Virus record (IMG/VR): IMGVR_UViG_3300020196_000016
Location: 18,595 to 82,594 of that record
Direction: 5' to 3' (one strand)
From: a virus
DNA length: 64,000 nt
Part shown: positions 29,240 through 39,789 of the stretch, in pieces
How positions within the stretch are numbered: position 1 is the stretch's first letter
Layout of the letters: every line of letters starts with the position of its first letter
Made by a program: the position numbers and the translations under genes
Notes under the pieces: model-generated
Databases searched by the model: none
What the model saw: the letters and a program-made list of their open reading frames with translations, nothing else
What the model was told of the DNA's origin: nothing

Positions 29240-29974
29240 TCAAATAATTATGTCTGCGAGTCCATATTTGACCGCTTCTTCGGCAGAAAGATAGATATTT
29301 ACTTTCTTTTCAAACAATTTCTTGATAAAAGTAACACTCATTTTTGTTTCTGCTGCAAGACACTTGATATACTGTTCTTGTGTATGCTGGATTTCAGCGA
29401 TTTCATTTAGCATTTCATGCTGCGGACCAGCGGTTCCTGCACTTACTTGATGAACCATTACACGACAATGACGACCAATTTTACGCTTTCCTTTGGTTCC
29501 ACTTGCAAGGAGAAGTGTTCCAGCACTCATAACTTGACCAAGACCAAGAGTTTCAATGTCACAATCCTTGCGAACCATTCGCATTGTATCATAGATACCA
29601 AACATATCACTTGCACTTCCACCCGGTGTAGAAATTACAAAATTGATAGGCTGTGATACTTCATCAAATTTTACATCAATACCAGCATCCATATCCTCGT
29701 CTGCAATAGCTTTCTCAAGCTTCTTTTTCTGTACTGCTGTAAGTGGACGTGGTACGCTTTTCATTCGTGTATCATGGAGGTGGAGAAGGCTATATACAAC
29801 AAGTTCTGCCTTCTCTGTATCAAGCTGACCATACAATCCAATCTTACGAGAACCTTTTTGTTCTGGTTCTGAAAGTTGTTTGATTGTATTCATGAAATCA
29901 TCTTCCGATAGCACATTATCTTTTGATTTCTTTTCTGTTGGCTTTTTACGCATATATTTCCTTTTGTTAATCAA
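29240..29974 (-). CDS. clpP: ClpP-like protease subunit
   Basis: STPGGS, VMSAG (catalytic Ser), MVHQ (His), YLSAEEAVKYGLAD. Confidence 0.9.
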   Translation of the reverse strand: MINKRKYMRKKPTEKKSKDNVLSEDDFMNTIKQLSEPEQKGSRKIGLYGQLDTEKAELVVYSLLHLHDTRMKSVPRPLTAVQKKKLEKAIADEDMDAGIDVKFDEVSQPINFVISTPGGSASDMFGIYDTMRMVRKDCDIETLGLGQVMSAGTLLLASGTKGKRKIGRHCRVMVHQVSAGTAGPQHEMLNEIAEIQHTQEQYIKCLAAETKMSVTFIKKLFEKKVNIYLSAEEAVKYGLADIII

Positions 29975-30403
29975 ACTTCAATATCGTCTTCATCATCATC
30001 AGCAAAATTGTTGTAGGCAACTGTCAGATCGCTTAGTAATTTAGAATGACGATCATCTAAATGTGGTTTTTCTTCTAGCCACTCAATAAATTCAGAAAGA
30101 GTTCTGGCAACTCCATTCCATTGAGCTAAGTTTCCAGCCGTAATCTTTTTCATTTTCTCCTCTTAGTTTTTAAGTTTACTGTAATCTTCTCTTGGTAGGA
30201 AAGCAGCTTTACTTGCTTTGTGTGTTAGGTAATTAATAGTTGTTACAAATGGTATGTAATAACCTTTACCTTCAATTATTTCAAGATACTCAACAAAGTC
30301 GGAACATAAACTATATTCAAGTAGTTCAAAAAATTCATCTTCCGACATTTTGACGCCTTCTTTACCTTCCCACCACCACATCATATTAGCATAGTTTCCT
30401 CAT

Positions 30404-30616
30404 TTAATCAAGTGCTCGTTCTATAACTTCTAAATCTATTGGTGATTCTTCTGACACACAAGTTAATTGCCAACAAACAGTTATAGAATTTTCACCCCAT
30501 CTGTCTGCCCTAACATCTAATACAACTCCCAATCCATGTGGAGTTTTTTCATTCCAATTTGGTTTTACTAAATCTCCTACACAAAATAATTCATTTCTAA
30601 ACTTTTTGGATTGCAT
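30404..30616 (-). CDS. GDL-like SH3-type small protein
   Basis: FCVGDLVKP...LGVVLDV...ITVCW. Confidence 0.7.
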   Translation of the reverse strand: MQSKKFRNELFCVGDLVKPNWNEKTPHGLGVVLDVRADRWGENSITVCWQLTCVSEESPIDLEVIERALD

Positions 30617-31010
30617 TTGTTACTACCATCTCCAATGTTTTATCTGTCCTCTGGGTTTTTAGGGTTACAAAGGGATAACCATGTTGATAATATATATTAG
30701 TAATTAGGTATGCATATTCAATTGCATTTCCTTCTCCATCAGTTAACTTGACTAAATCTCCTTTATTGAGATTGTTTTTTCTATCAATCCTCAAATTGAA
30801 CTGCGAAAATTTTTCCGTCTGAACCTTTGTGTTTAAATTCATAGTATTTTTTTATCTTTCCGGAATTACATAAATGTATTGTAACCATTTTAGCGTTTGG
30901 TCCCACGATAACACCTATCTTTGGTGAAAGCATAGCAGGAATGAATTTCCCGCCATATCCGACAGAGTGAAGAGCAGTGTTCAATCGCTTGATATACTCA
31001 AGAAATTTAT

Positions 31011-31508
31011 TTATTTTTTCATCTTGCATGTGCGAGAATTATGTCCTTTCTGGTTACATAACGAACATGTTCGCTGTCCTTTCTCCTCAACAATAGTAGC
31101 AACAGGAGTTGTTGTTTTGATTGCTACTGATTTACGATGAAAATCACGGCAAGTTGCCGCATTATGACCTGGCTGTTTGCATTTAGAACAAACACGAACA
31201 GAAGGCGCAGCTTGTTCGGCTACGCCTTCTCCTTTTATTTCTTTTTTTGCTCGACCTTCACGATCAAGGACTTTTAGGTTGAAATCCTTGAATTTCTTGA
31301 TCCATTCTTCCCACTTTTCTGTATCTGGAAATTTCTTTACAAAGAATAGAATCTGGCCGTCATTGTTCCAGCCTTCTCCAGATTCATTCCAATCTTCTAG
31401 TGATTTTTCTACAATAGAACGATTTTTGCCATCTACGTTATTTACTTGAATACGGTATATGTGGCCTTCATCATCTGCTGTAAATTTCCATGCTGACGCG
31501 GTGATCAT
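31011..31508 (-). CDS. Protein with two C-terminal CCHC zinc knuckles
   Basis: CSKCKQPGHNAATC, CSLCNQKGHNSRTC; GGAGG RBS. Confidence 0.85.
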   Translation of the reverse strand: MITASAWKFTADDEGHIYRIQVNNVDGKNRSIVEKSLEDWNESGEGWNNDGQILFFVKKFPDTEKWEEWIKKFKDFNLKVLDREGRAKKEIKGEGVAEQAAPSVRVCSKCKQPGHNAATCRDFHRKSVAIKTTTPVATIVEEKGQRTCSLCNQKGHNSRTCKMKK

Positions 31509-31527
31509 CCTACCTCCAATCTCTGCA

Positions 31528-31556
31528 ATCCTACCACGGGTCGGTCGGGCTGTCAA
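31528..31556 (-). promoter_or_regulatory. Sigma70-type promoter
   Basis: TTGACA-17bp-TAGGAT, extended -10. Confidence 0.82.
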
Positions 31557-31615
31557 CCGCAAAGGAAAAGCCGGGAAAACCCCGGCCTCGCCTGATTTCT
31601 TTATTTAACTGAGAT

Positions 31616-32398
31616 TCAACGTTTATTTTTTGATTCTTTTACAAGGCGGGCAGCAACACGACTTGTTAATCTTTCTACCATTTCTTGCATTTGTTCTTCT
31701 TCGTCACCTTCTGGTGGCGCGTCACCTTCTGGTGAAGCTTCTTCGTCACCTTCTGGTGAAGCTTCTTTGTCACCTTCATCACCGCGTGAAATATCCATTT
31801 GAACTCCATATTGGGATGCCATATTTTTTAATGTATCCAACATGTTGTTGATTAGATCTTTCATTTTTGAAGCGTGTTCTGGACTTTCACCGGCAGCATC
31901 ACTTGAAGTATCAGCGCCTTCTGGTGCTTCTGGAGCATCCATTTCTTCTTCCATTTCAGCTTCGTTATAACCTTCTTCCAGTGATTCACTTACAACTTCG
32001 AATTCACCACGATTTGGTTTACGATCACTGGCATTTGATTTGCCACCGGTTTCATCAGCGACACTTACATTACCTTTACCAACTGAATGATGTGTTCCTG
32101 CTTTTAGTGGCTTCATTGTTCCCGGTGATTTAACAGATTCAGCACCATCGATTCCTTGTTTTGGCTTTGCAACACCTTTAACTTTTTGTTTTGGTGAACC
32201 GGGACGGCCTTCACTTTCTTTACCTTCTTCTGTTACATCGCCCTCTTCAACAACTTCTTCTTCAAGGGCTTCTTCTTCTAATTGACCTTCTTCTTGTTTA
32301 TAATCTGATTCTTTCAAGAATTTATCGGTTAATGGCTGTAGATTAGCCAATTTCATAAAGCTGCGGATTGTGCTTTCTTCTAATAGTTTCTTACTCAT
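31616..32398 (-). CDS. Acidic probable head-internal or scaffold-like protein
   Basis: MSKKLLEESTIRSFMKLA leader, many L-x-E sites, EGDEEASP repeats, CTATTTA motif at 32434-32440. Confidence 0.6.
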   Translation of the reverse strand: MSKKLLEESTIRSFMKLANLQPLTDKFLKESDYKQEEGQLEEEALEEEVVEEGDVTEEGKESEGRPGSPKQKVKGVAKPKQGIDGAESVKSPGTMKPLKAGTHHSVGKGNVSVADETGGKSNASDRKPNRGEFEVVSESLEEGYNEAEMEEEMDAPEAPEGADTSSDAAGESPEHASKMKDLINNMLDTLKNMASQYGVQMDISRGDEGDKEASPEGDEEASPEGDAPPEGDEEEQMQEMVERLTSRVAARLVKESKNKR

Positions 32399-32466
32399 TA
32401 CGTATCTCCCTTAAAAATAAAGAAATCTAGTTGTAAATAGTACTTTATTTAATGAAATACAAAAAA

Positions 32467-32904
32467 TTATTGTTTATCAACCAATCTTTCCAATAATTTT
32501 GATAAAATCATTTGATCTTTGCTAATTTCTTTATTTTGTCTCACCATATCTTCAAGCAATTTTGTTTGTATTTCACTATTTTTAGCCAATATATTTATTG
32601 CTTTTACATTTTCATGAAGGGCTTCTTCTAATGAACGGCGAACATACCAAATTTTAACACCATCTTCGTCATTTTTATCGTGCCAGTCATACATAGTTTT
32701 GTTTGTCTGAACAAGGTTATCTACCTTTATATCTATTTTTTCAACATGATTGCTGATTGACCTAACACTATCAGTCATTTGGTATATTTTATTGTCTGTG
32801 TTTTGTAAGTTCTTTTCTTTTAACCAAGAAAATAATTCTCTCGCTGCTAATGCGACAAGTGTAACCAATAAAGCACCATTTGCTACAATTATATTGTTAT
32901 CCAT
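32467..32904 (-). CDS. Single-pass membrane protein with coiled coil (possibly holin-like)
   Basis: N-terminal TM segment; CTAATTA motif upstream. Confidence 0.4.
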   Translation of the reverse strand: MDNNIIVANGALLVTLVALAARELFSWLKEKNLQNTDNKIYQMTDSVRSISNHVEKIDIKVDNLVQTNKTMYDWHDKNDEDGVKIWYVRRSLEEALHENVKAINILAKNSEIQTKLLEDMVRQNKEISKDQMILSKLLERLVDKQ

Positions 32905-32955
32905 TGAGAAACCCTCCGAGAGAAATCAAGGAACAATATAATTAGTTTGTAATTA

Positions 32956-33192
32956 TTAATCCAACAACTTTAGGGTCTTGGTAATTTTCTGAATTGCTTT
33001 GTCTTGTATTTGTTTGATACGAACAAAACTAACACCCATTATATCTCCAATTGTTCGTAAATCCATCTCGCCATTCTGTTCTATAGCAACAAAACAACAG
33101 TTTAAACTTTCTTGATGTTCAACCCAATAACGACAATCTGTATTGGGACAAACTGTATTTAATTCTACACATTTTTCACTACATTTTTTCAT
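32956..33192 (-). CDS. Cys-rich sigma70 region-4-like HTH protein
   Basis: MDLRTIGDIMGVSFVRIKQIQDKA. Confidence 0.8.
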   Translation of the reverse strand: MKKCSEKCVELNTVCPNTDCRYWVEHQESLNCCFVAIEQNGEMDLRTIGDIMGVSFVRIKQIQDKAIQKITKTLKLLD

Positions 33193-33202
33193 GTTGTTCC
33201 TC

Positions 33203-34219
33203 TCATATGTCGCTTGGTGAATAGGAGAAGACAACATCTTCTACGGCAGGACAATTATTTAATATTTCTTGCCTTATGAAATCAAGGAATTTATCTTCGT
33301 ATTTTAAATTTTGTAATACATTATTCTTGTATAACTTCCAAGTATCCACTTGTTCCAATATATCAGTTTTATTAATGATTAAATCACTTACACCATTTAT
33401 ATTGGCTGCTTTGATTAGCATATCAATATTCAAGAAATCAACTTGACGGGGTCTTCCGGTTGTTGCTCCGTATTCCTGGCCCACTTCACGGATTTTATTA
33501 AATATTTCTCCGTCTGGCTGGAATTTCTTTGCCCCAACATAAGTTTGATATGCTTTGGCTACACCATACACATGACGGATTGATGATGGTGGAATTCCAT
33601 TAGATACAGCACCACCAACATTACAAGTTGAGGATGTTACGTATGGATAATCACCCCAATCAATATCTAATCCAAATCCCTGTGCTCCTTCAAATAGGGC
33701 AACAACGGGCAAAGAAGAATTAAAAAACTCTTCATATATATCAGTTAATTGGTATTGATCTGTTGTTGGTATATTTTCAAATCTAATACCTTTACGATCA
33801 TATTTATCACGATACGCTGGACCATTACCTTTACGGGTTGTTCCTATTGCTGTATCCACACCATCTTCTTCAAGATGTTTATTAGAAATAACATTTACTC
33901 GTTTATCTATAAACAAATTTCCTTTTACTTTTATCCCAGCTTCTTCTAAATCACCTATCTCTTTTTGTAGAAGAGTGGGACTTACAACACACCCAGGACC
34001 AATAATGGAACGAACTCCTTTTAATACGCCAGATGGAACAGCGTGAGTTATAACTTTTTTACCTTCGTGATAAATTGTATGACCTGCGTTATGTCCTCCA
34101 CCAAATCGGACACAATGGGTATATTCACTTGATTTTAATAGTGAATGCGTAACCTTGCCTTTACCACTATCACCAAATTGTAAATCAACAACAACATCAG
34201 CCAATAACTTTTTTTTCAT
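33203..34219 (-). CDS. purA: Adenylosuccinate synthetase (short form)
   Basis: QFGDSGKGK, GGHNAGHT, IGTT, EGAQG, YPYVTSS, GATTGRPR. Confidence 0.96.
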   Translation of the reverse strand: MKKKLLADVVVDLQFGDSGKGKVTHSLLKSSEYTHCVRFGGGHNAGHTIYHEGKKVITHAVPSGVLKGVRSIIGPGCVVSPTLLQKEIGDLEEAGIKVKGNLFIDKRVNVISNKHLEEDGVDTAIGTTRKGNGPAYRDKYDRKGIRFENIPTTDQYQLTDIYEEFFNSSLPVVALFEGAQGFGLDIDWGDYPYVTSSTCNVGGAVSNGIPPSSIRHVYGVAKAYQTYVGAKKFQPDGEIFNKIREVGQEYGATTGRPRQVDFLNIDMLIKAANINGVSDLIINKTDILEQVDTWKLYKNNVLQNLKYEDKFLDFIRQEILNNCPAVEDVVFSYSPSDI

Positions 34220-34546
34220 AAACCTGCCTCTTCATCAAAAAGATCGTAAATGTCGTCTATTTCATCTTTATCTAGACCAAATTTACGCATCTCTATTTTA
34301 CCTTCTTCTATCTCCAAGTCAAGCACTTCTTCTTTCCATTGAGCGTATCCTTTGCTCTTGCGATATGCTTTTAAGAATTCACGGAGGTTTGGTTCGTCTT
34401 CCAAGAAACCTTTAATAATAGCAATAAAGAACTCTTTTTTAGTGAGTTCTTCATGCCGTAGTTTTATCATTAGACGAGCATATTCGCCGTCTATTGTTTC
34501 AAAACATACCTTACAAGGAACAGCTCCAGCAGGAGGCTTTCTTTCT

Positions 34547-35209
34547 TCACTCATTTTTGTTTGCTTCTTCTAATAGTTTTTTATAATATTCGCCAACAGC
34601 TATTATTTCTTCTGGTGTGGCATTATTTTTTATTATATTTGCTTTGCTTGATACAACAATAACATTGTCTTTCACATATCCCTTTTGTGGAATAATACGG
34701 TCTAATGATGGAGAATTTGGTTGTATTGTTTTTTTGCCGATTCCTACTTCAAGTGGAATGCCAAGAATAGGACATACTGCTGGTATAGTGATATCACTTT
34801 CATCTATATCAAAGGGTAAGTTTTTTTGTTTTGCTCTGTTACGAGCATGTCGTATCATCTCTTTTTCCGGATTGTTTTGATAGTATAGTTTCTGCTGTTC
34901 TTTCACTTTTTCCAAATTGTTTTGATAGTATAGTTTCTTGCGTTCTCTCTCTTTTTCCGGATTGTTTTGATAGTATAGTTTCTGCTGTTCTTTCACTTTT
35001 TCCAAATTGTTTTGACGGTATAGTTTCTGCTGTTCTTTCACTTTTTCCAAATTGTTTTGATAGTATAGTTTCTTGCGTTCTTTATATTTTTCCGCATTGT
35101 TTTGATACCATATTTTCTTTTGTTCCTTGAGACACGGCTTACAGACATTTTTGCCTTCATAAAACTCACTATCATCTTTTTCCATATTACATTTAATACA
35201 ACATTTCAT
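34547..35209 (-). CDS. HNH-type homing endonuclease with tandem repeats
   Basis: CIKC...CKPC, CPILGIPL...SPSLDRI...GYVKDNV...ANIIKN. Confidence 0.85.
   Translation of the reverse strand: MKCCIKCNMEKDDSEFYEGKNVCKPCLKEQKKIWYQNNAEKYKERKKLYYQNNLEKVKEQQKLYRQNNLEKVKEQQKLYYQNNPEKERERKKLYYQNNLEKVKEQQKLYYQNNPEKEMIRHARNRAKQKNLPFDIDESDITIPAVCPILGIPLEVGIGKKTIQPNSPSLDRIIPQKGYVKDNVIVVSSKANIIKNNATPEEIIAVGEYYKKLLEEANKNE
34860..35120. repeat. 45-bp tandem repeat (about 5-6 units) encoding KLYYQNNLEKVKEQQ
   Basis: ttgttttgatagtatagtttct recurs with 45-bp period. Confidence 0.88.
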
Positions 35210-35416
35210 ATAAAATCTCTATGCTTCCGATGAATTAATAATATCGGCAAACGCATCAATAAATTTATCTCGTAATTTTTCATTCTTTTTAATTTCTTCT
35301 TGATTGTTCTCTTGTATTGAAGCGTGTAAGCGTTCAACGATCTCGTGATACATCATAACACCAAGAAGATTATCAAAACTTTCAAAATCTTTGGAATACT
35401 TCTGTTTTCTCATATA

Positions 35417-36454
35417 TCACTTCCGATTCAAAATATGTGTAAAGCTTTCACCTAAACCGGCACTTGTCTGTTGAATAAATTCAACTTTGCCAGCAAGTTC
35501 ATGAAAGTTTCTTGCACCGGCATATGAATAACCACTCTGAATATTTCCATGAATATCTTGAAGGATTGGAACAACTGAACCTTTGTGTTTGATAAAAGTT
35601 GAAATACCTTCTGGTGCTGAACTTTTACCACGCCAATCAGTTTGTGCTTCACGGGAAGCCATACCACGATAGTTCTTCATCTTTACACCATCGCTATTGA
35701 TAAATGTTTCTCCTGGACTTTCATCTGTTCCGGCAAGCATACTTCCACACATTACAAAGTGAGCACCAGCAGCAAATGCTTTTACCATATCTCCACTATT
35801 TTTAATTCCACCATCTACAATAAGTTTTGTTTTTCCACTCTTATATGCTTGTGTCTGCACACAATCAAAAATAGCAGCAAGGTTTGGAACACCAAAACCT
35901 GTTTGTAGGCGTGTTGAACAAATACTTCCACCACCAATACCTACACGAATACTATCGGCTCCCCAATCACTTAAATCTTGGAAACCTTTACCAGTTGCTA
36001 CATTTCCAGCCATAAGATGGAACTTATAATGGCTTGGATGATTTTTAATCTTTTCTATTGCTTCTTTTACATTCTGGTGATGACCATGTGCAACATCAAC
36101 ACAAACAACATCAACACCCCATTTTATAAGTTCACTTGCTCTCTCATAGAAATCACCAGTTGAACCAACAGCAGCACCAACAAATTTAGCACCAGCTTCT
36201 TTTGCGGCAGTTACAAGTTTGCCTTGTTGTTCAATAGAGTTATAGCGATGAATAATACCAAGACCACCAGCTTTGGATATAGCAACAGCCATATTTACTT
36301 CTGTTACTGTATCCATTGGAGATGAAATAACTGGAAGTGATAGTTGAATTTTTGGATCTAAATTAATCCTCAAATCAACTTCAGTACGACTTGTAATGGT
36401 ACTAAATTTTGGTATCAACAACATATCATCAAATGTCAGAGCTAATTGGATCAT
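35417..36454 (-). CDS. guaB: IMP dehydrogenase / GMP reductase family (no CBS domains)
   Basis: SSPMDTV, GIGGGSICSTR, DGGI, YRGMAS, PEG. Confidence 0.9.
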   Translation of the reverse strand: MIQLALTFDDMLLIPKFSTITSRTEVDLRINLDPKIQLSLPVISSPMDTVTEVNMAVAISKAGGLGIIHRYNSIEQQGKLVTAAKEAGAKFVGAAVGSTGDFYERASELIKWGVDVVCVDVAHGHHQNVKEAIEKIKNHPSHYKFHLMAGNVATGKGFQDLSDWGADSIRVGIGGGSICSTRLQTGFGVPNLAAIFDCVQTQAYKSGKTKLIVDGGIKNSGDMVKAFAAGAHFVMCGSMLAGTDESPGETFINSDGVKMKNYRGMASREAQTDWRGKSSAPEGISTFIKHKGSVVPILQDIHGNIQSGYSYAGARNFHELAGKVEFIQQTSAGLGESFTHILNRK

Positions 36455-36700
36455 TTTTTTTCTCCATGAGTTCTTGTACTAATTTTGTAGCCTTGTCCCA
36501 GCAAACTGGGCAATATAAATGTACTTTTTCGGCTTCCTTTTTAACGACAACAAACCAAGACTGAACTTGTTCTCTATTCTTTCTATCAAAAGGAGAGTTA
36601 CAAGTCAAGCAACAATCTGGTAGACGATCAAACATATTTAATTTCTGTTTGAGGTCTTTTTGTTTATCTTTGTGTGATTTAGTTTTATCTTTTATTGGTT

Positions 36701-38131
36701 TCATTTATCACTCACAGAGAAAATTTTATCAAAATCACACTCTAAAGAATCACAACATTTTATATTGTTTTTTAAAATATATAATATTTCTGATTCTTTT
36801 AGAGAAGGGTCTGCATCGATAGATAGTTTTTTTAATCTTTCTATGGTTTTCATAACATTATCTTGTAAAATATCAATTCCATAAGTTGTTAATAATATAT
36901 CTTTTACAGATATATTATTTTTTAATCTTTTATTAAAAATACCAACTAAAAAATTACCATCTCCACATGATGGATCTAAAAAAGTTTGACTTTTATCGAT
37001 CCAATTTTTAGTATCTAAAAGTTCCAGAATTTCATTAACTAATATTAGTGGCGTATAAACTTCTCCATATTCCTTAATTCTTTGTTGAGAAATAGTTTTA
37101 CTTTTGTTTTTATTTTTAATTTGTTTTTTATCTTTATTCAGATAGTCTATTTCTTCGTTTGTTAAATTAAAATATTTAAATATATCTTTATCATTATATT
37201 TTTTATTCAAAGGAAATAATGGAATAGATGAATATACTATTTCATTTCCAAATCCAGACCATTTTGCTGTTTTAAAAATATACTGCATAAGTCTACAATT
37301 TAAAAAATTTTTTAAATTTATTCCTTCTTCATCAGAGTCAACTAAAATATAATATCCCATATCTGTACAACCTAGATTTCCAGAATCATAAAATGCTTTA
37401 AAATAACCACTTCTAGACCACATAACTTTCTTTTTGTTAGAAAAATCTTGTTGTTTAGAAGAATACCAAATTTTATTATTTGTATGAAATACAGGAAATA
37501 TATGTATATCAGTTTTTACTTCTGATAAACTGATATTTATTTTCTTTTTTAAAAGTTTATTTTTCTGAAAAAGTAGATTTTTCTTTTTTTCTTCATCTAC
37601 GCAATTTAATATTCTTTCTTCATATTTATGAAGTTTTTTTTGTTTTAATATTTCAGCTCTTCTGATTACGTTATGACATGTCACATAGTCATAATTAATT
37701 TTAAATTTTGGAATATCTGAAAACATTACTTTTTTATGAATTTGATATGAAATATCACAAAAATCATTTGATATCCATGATATGCTATCATCGATATCGA
37801 TTTGATAGTTTTTATTAAAAGAAACAATATCAGTTTTAATATTGTTTTTTGATTTCTTCATAAAAAAGTGACTGAATGTACTTCCTATATCCGGGAAGTA
37901 TTTTTTGGTATCTAAATTTAAATAAATCAAATCTGATTTTTTAAAAAGATCCAAAACTTTATTTGATGGCGAACCCCATGATTGAGGGGTTATCCAGCCA
38001 ATATGACCATTTTCTTCAAGCCAATCATTAAAAGCTTTTAATGTAAAATCGATCCATATTTTATGTTGAGTTTTATTTTTTGTTATATTATTCTGAAATG
38101 GTGGATTACCAAATATATTATTAAATTTCAC
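36701..38131 (-). CDS. N6-adenine DNA methyltransferase, circularly permuted
   Basis: GNPPF at the N-terminus; GEVYTP, FLDPSCGDGNF and YGIDI at the C-terminus. Confidence 0.85.
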   Translation of the reverse strand: MKFNNIFGNPPFQNNITKNKTQHKIWIDFTLKAFNDWLEENGHIGWITPQSWGSPSNKVLDLFKKSDLIYLNLDTKKYFPDIGSTFSHFFMKKSKNNIKTDIVSFNKNYQIDIDDSISWISNDFCDISYQIHKKVMFSDIPKFKINYDYVTCHNVIRRAEILKQKKLHKYEERILNCVDEEKKKNLLFQKNKLLKKKINISLSEVKTDIHIFPVFHTNNKIWYSSKQQDFSNKKKVMWSRSGYFKAFYDSGNLGCTDMGYYILVDSDEEGINLKNFLNCRLMQYIFKTAKWSGFGNEIVYSSIPLFPLNKKYNDKDIFKYFNLTNEEIDYLNKDKKQIKNKNKSKTISQQRIKEYGEVYTPLILVNEILELLDTKNWIDKSQTFLDPSCGDGNFLVGIFNKRLKNNISVKDILLTTYGIDILQDNVMKTIERLKKLSIDADPSLKESEILYILKNNIKCCDSLECDFDKIFSVSDK

Positions 38132-38134
38132 TTA

Positions 38135-39277
38135 TCACTCCAATATGTTCTTTAACGAAACCCAAGTATTTATTGATGTATTAATTTCTTTACTTTTTTT
38201 AGGTCTTCTCTGACCCCATTCCAAATCGATTTTTTCTTTAGTATGAAACTGCTTACCATTATACCGATCTTTTGGACAATGCCAAGCACCATTTTTCTGG
38301 AGAGTAAAAGGAACAGAAATTTTTAAATATTCTTTTTCGTGATCATGAAATAAAAATGTTACTGTCTGATTATCATCACACAATATAGATAGAGAACAAA
38401 AATCAGAATTAATTATATTAATAAAATTTTTAAAACATTTATTATTTAATGAAGAAACAAACTCCTGTTTTCCAATTAATAATATTTCTTCTTTTCCATC
38501 TAATCCAGACATTTTAATTAATTTATCTTTTAAAGATTTTTTATCTATACTTGATTCGTTTAGAAGACTATAAACTTTTTTTGCTGCTTGCGTGCCATAA
38601 TTATTACAATCTTCTTTCCATTTTTTCTCTATATTTATCCAATTATTAGCTTCACTATTATTAACATAATAATCACGAATCTGTTCTTTTATTATTTCTA
38701 AATCGTTAATTGTAGTTTTAACATTTTGCAAATTTTTACTATCAAATATAAGATCTCTCATATTTTTAGAATTTGCTCTACCAGGATAAAAAGTTTTATT
38801 ATTAATTGGATTAGTAAATTTTCCAACTCCTTTAGCTGAATCGAGAAAAATATTACATAAAAAAGATACCCAAGTTCCACTACAAACTTGCATACTTTCT
38901 TTTATTCCATTTTGATAATTTTTAAAAGAAAAATCAATTACACTATTATCTTCAAAAAGAACTTGAAAATCTGTTTTTTTAGATTCATTCCTAGCTTGTT
39001 TTTCGACACAAATAATGTCAAATTTTATATTTTTGTTTTCATAAATTTGATCACAAAATTTTGACAGTATACAATCGACATTTCTTTTATATTCACTTTC
39101 ATTAAATTTTGACTCAATATTTCTAGATTTAATATAATTTAAAAATTCAGTATTTTTCTTATCATAAGAATTTGTAAAATTAATATTATTTTTTTCTAAA
39201 TATTCTTGTGATTTTGCGACAAAATATAACTCACAAGCATCTTGAATATAGTGTTCTTCTTTTTGACCTGCACTCAT
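38135..39277 (-). CDS. Putative restriction endonuclease partner
   Basis: TDF...FSFK PD-(D/E)xK-like motif; AT-rich; adjacent to a methyltransferase. Confidence 0.55.
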   Translation of the reverse strand: MSAGQKEEHYIQDACELYFVAKSQEYLEKNNINFTNSYDKKNTEFLNYIKSRNIESKFNESEYKRNVDCILSKFCDQIYENKNIKFDIICVEKQARNESKKTDFQVLFEDNSVIDFSFKNYQNGIKESMQVCSGTWVSFLCNIFLDSAKGVGKFTNPINNKTFYPGRANSKNMRDLIFDSKNLQNVKTTINDLEIIKEQIRDYYVNNSEANNWINIEKKWKEDCNNYGTQAAKKVYSLLNESSIDKKSLKDKLIKMSGLDGKEEILLIGKQEFVSSLNNKCFKNFINIINSDFCSLSILCDDNQTVTFLFHDHEKEYLKISVPFTLQKNGAWHCPKDRYNGKQFHTKEKIDLEWGQRRPKKSKEINTSINTWVSLKNILE

Positions 39278-39297
39278 AAAATCCTTTATAAAATTAA

Positions 39298-39789
39298 TTA
39301 TAGTTTATTACTCATTGAAAATATATCTGGTTGTGATGGTGGTTTCTTTGGATTACCAAACTCAACAACCATTGATGGAAATGGTGCTGAATTCTTCTGT
39401 CCTCCAAATTTTAATCGGCCTTTGATAAAAGAAATGCTCTTCACAAGAACTGGATCCATACAAAATTCATGGAACCACTTTGTGTCTGTTCTTGCTGGCA
39501 GCAACATTACAACTGTTGTGTTTCCAGAAATAACTTCGTGATATGCTTTACAAACCCAATCATATGTTTTGCTATATGGTGGATTGATAAATACAGTTTC
39601 ACCTTTCCAGCTTTGTGCTAATCCATTTTCTTTTATTGTATAATGTTTAGCACATTTATTATTTGTTCCATCACTTGCCGGATCAAGTGTGAAATTATAT
39701 TTCTGATTCAATTTGTCAAACATATTCTGTGGAGTAGTCCATTCATCACTCTTATGACTAAACAATACATCCATATCTTTTTTCAACAT
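39298..39789 (-). CDS. Phage N6-adenine methyltransferase (Dam-like)
   Basis: DEWTTPQ, FTLDPA, FINPPY, LLPARTDT.WF, GRLKF, APFPS. Confidence 0.92.
   Translation of the reverse strand: MLKKDMDVLFSHKSDEWTTPQNMFDKLNQKYNFTLDPASDGTNNKCAKHYTIKENGLAQSWKGETVFINPPYSKTYDWVCKAYHEVISGNTTVVMLLPARTDTKWFHEFCMDPVLVKSISFIKGRLKFGGQKNSAPFPSMVVEFGNPKKPPSQPDIFSMSNKL

Noticed and set aside
33203-34219. PurZ (Z-DNA pathway)
   Set aside because: Has GDSGKG with the PurA Asp rather than the PurZ Ser.
34860-35120. CRISPR array
   Set aside because: The 45-bp units are in-frame coding repeats without unique spacers.
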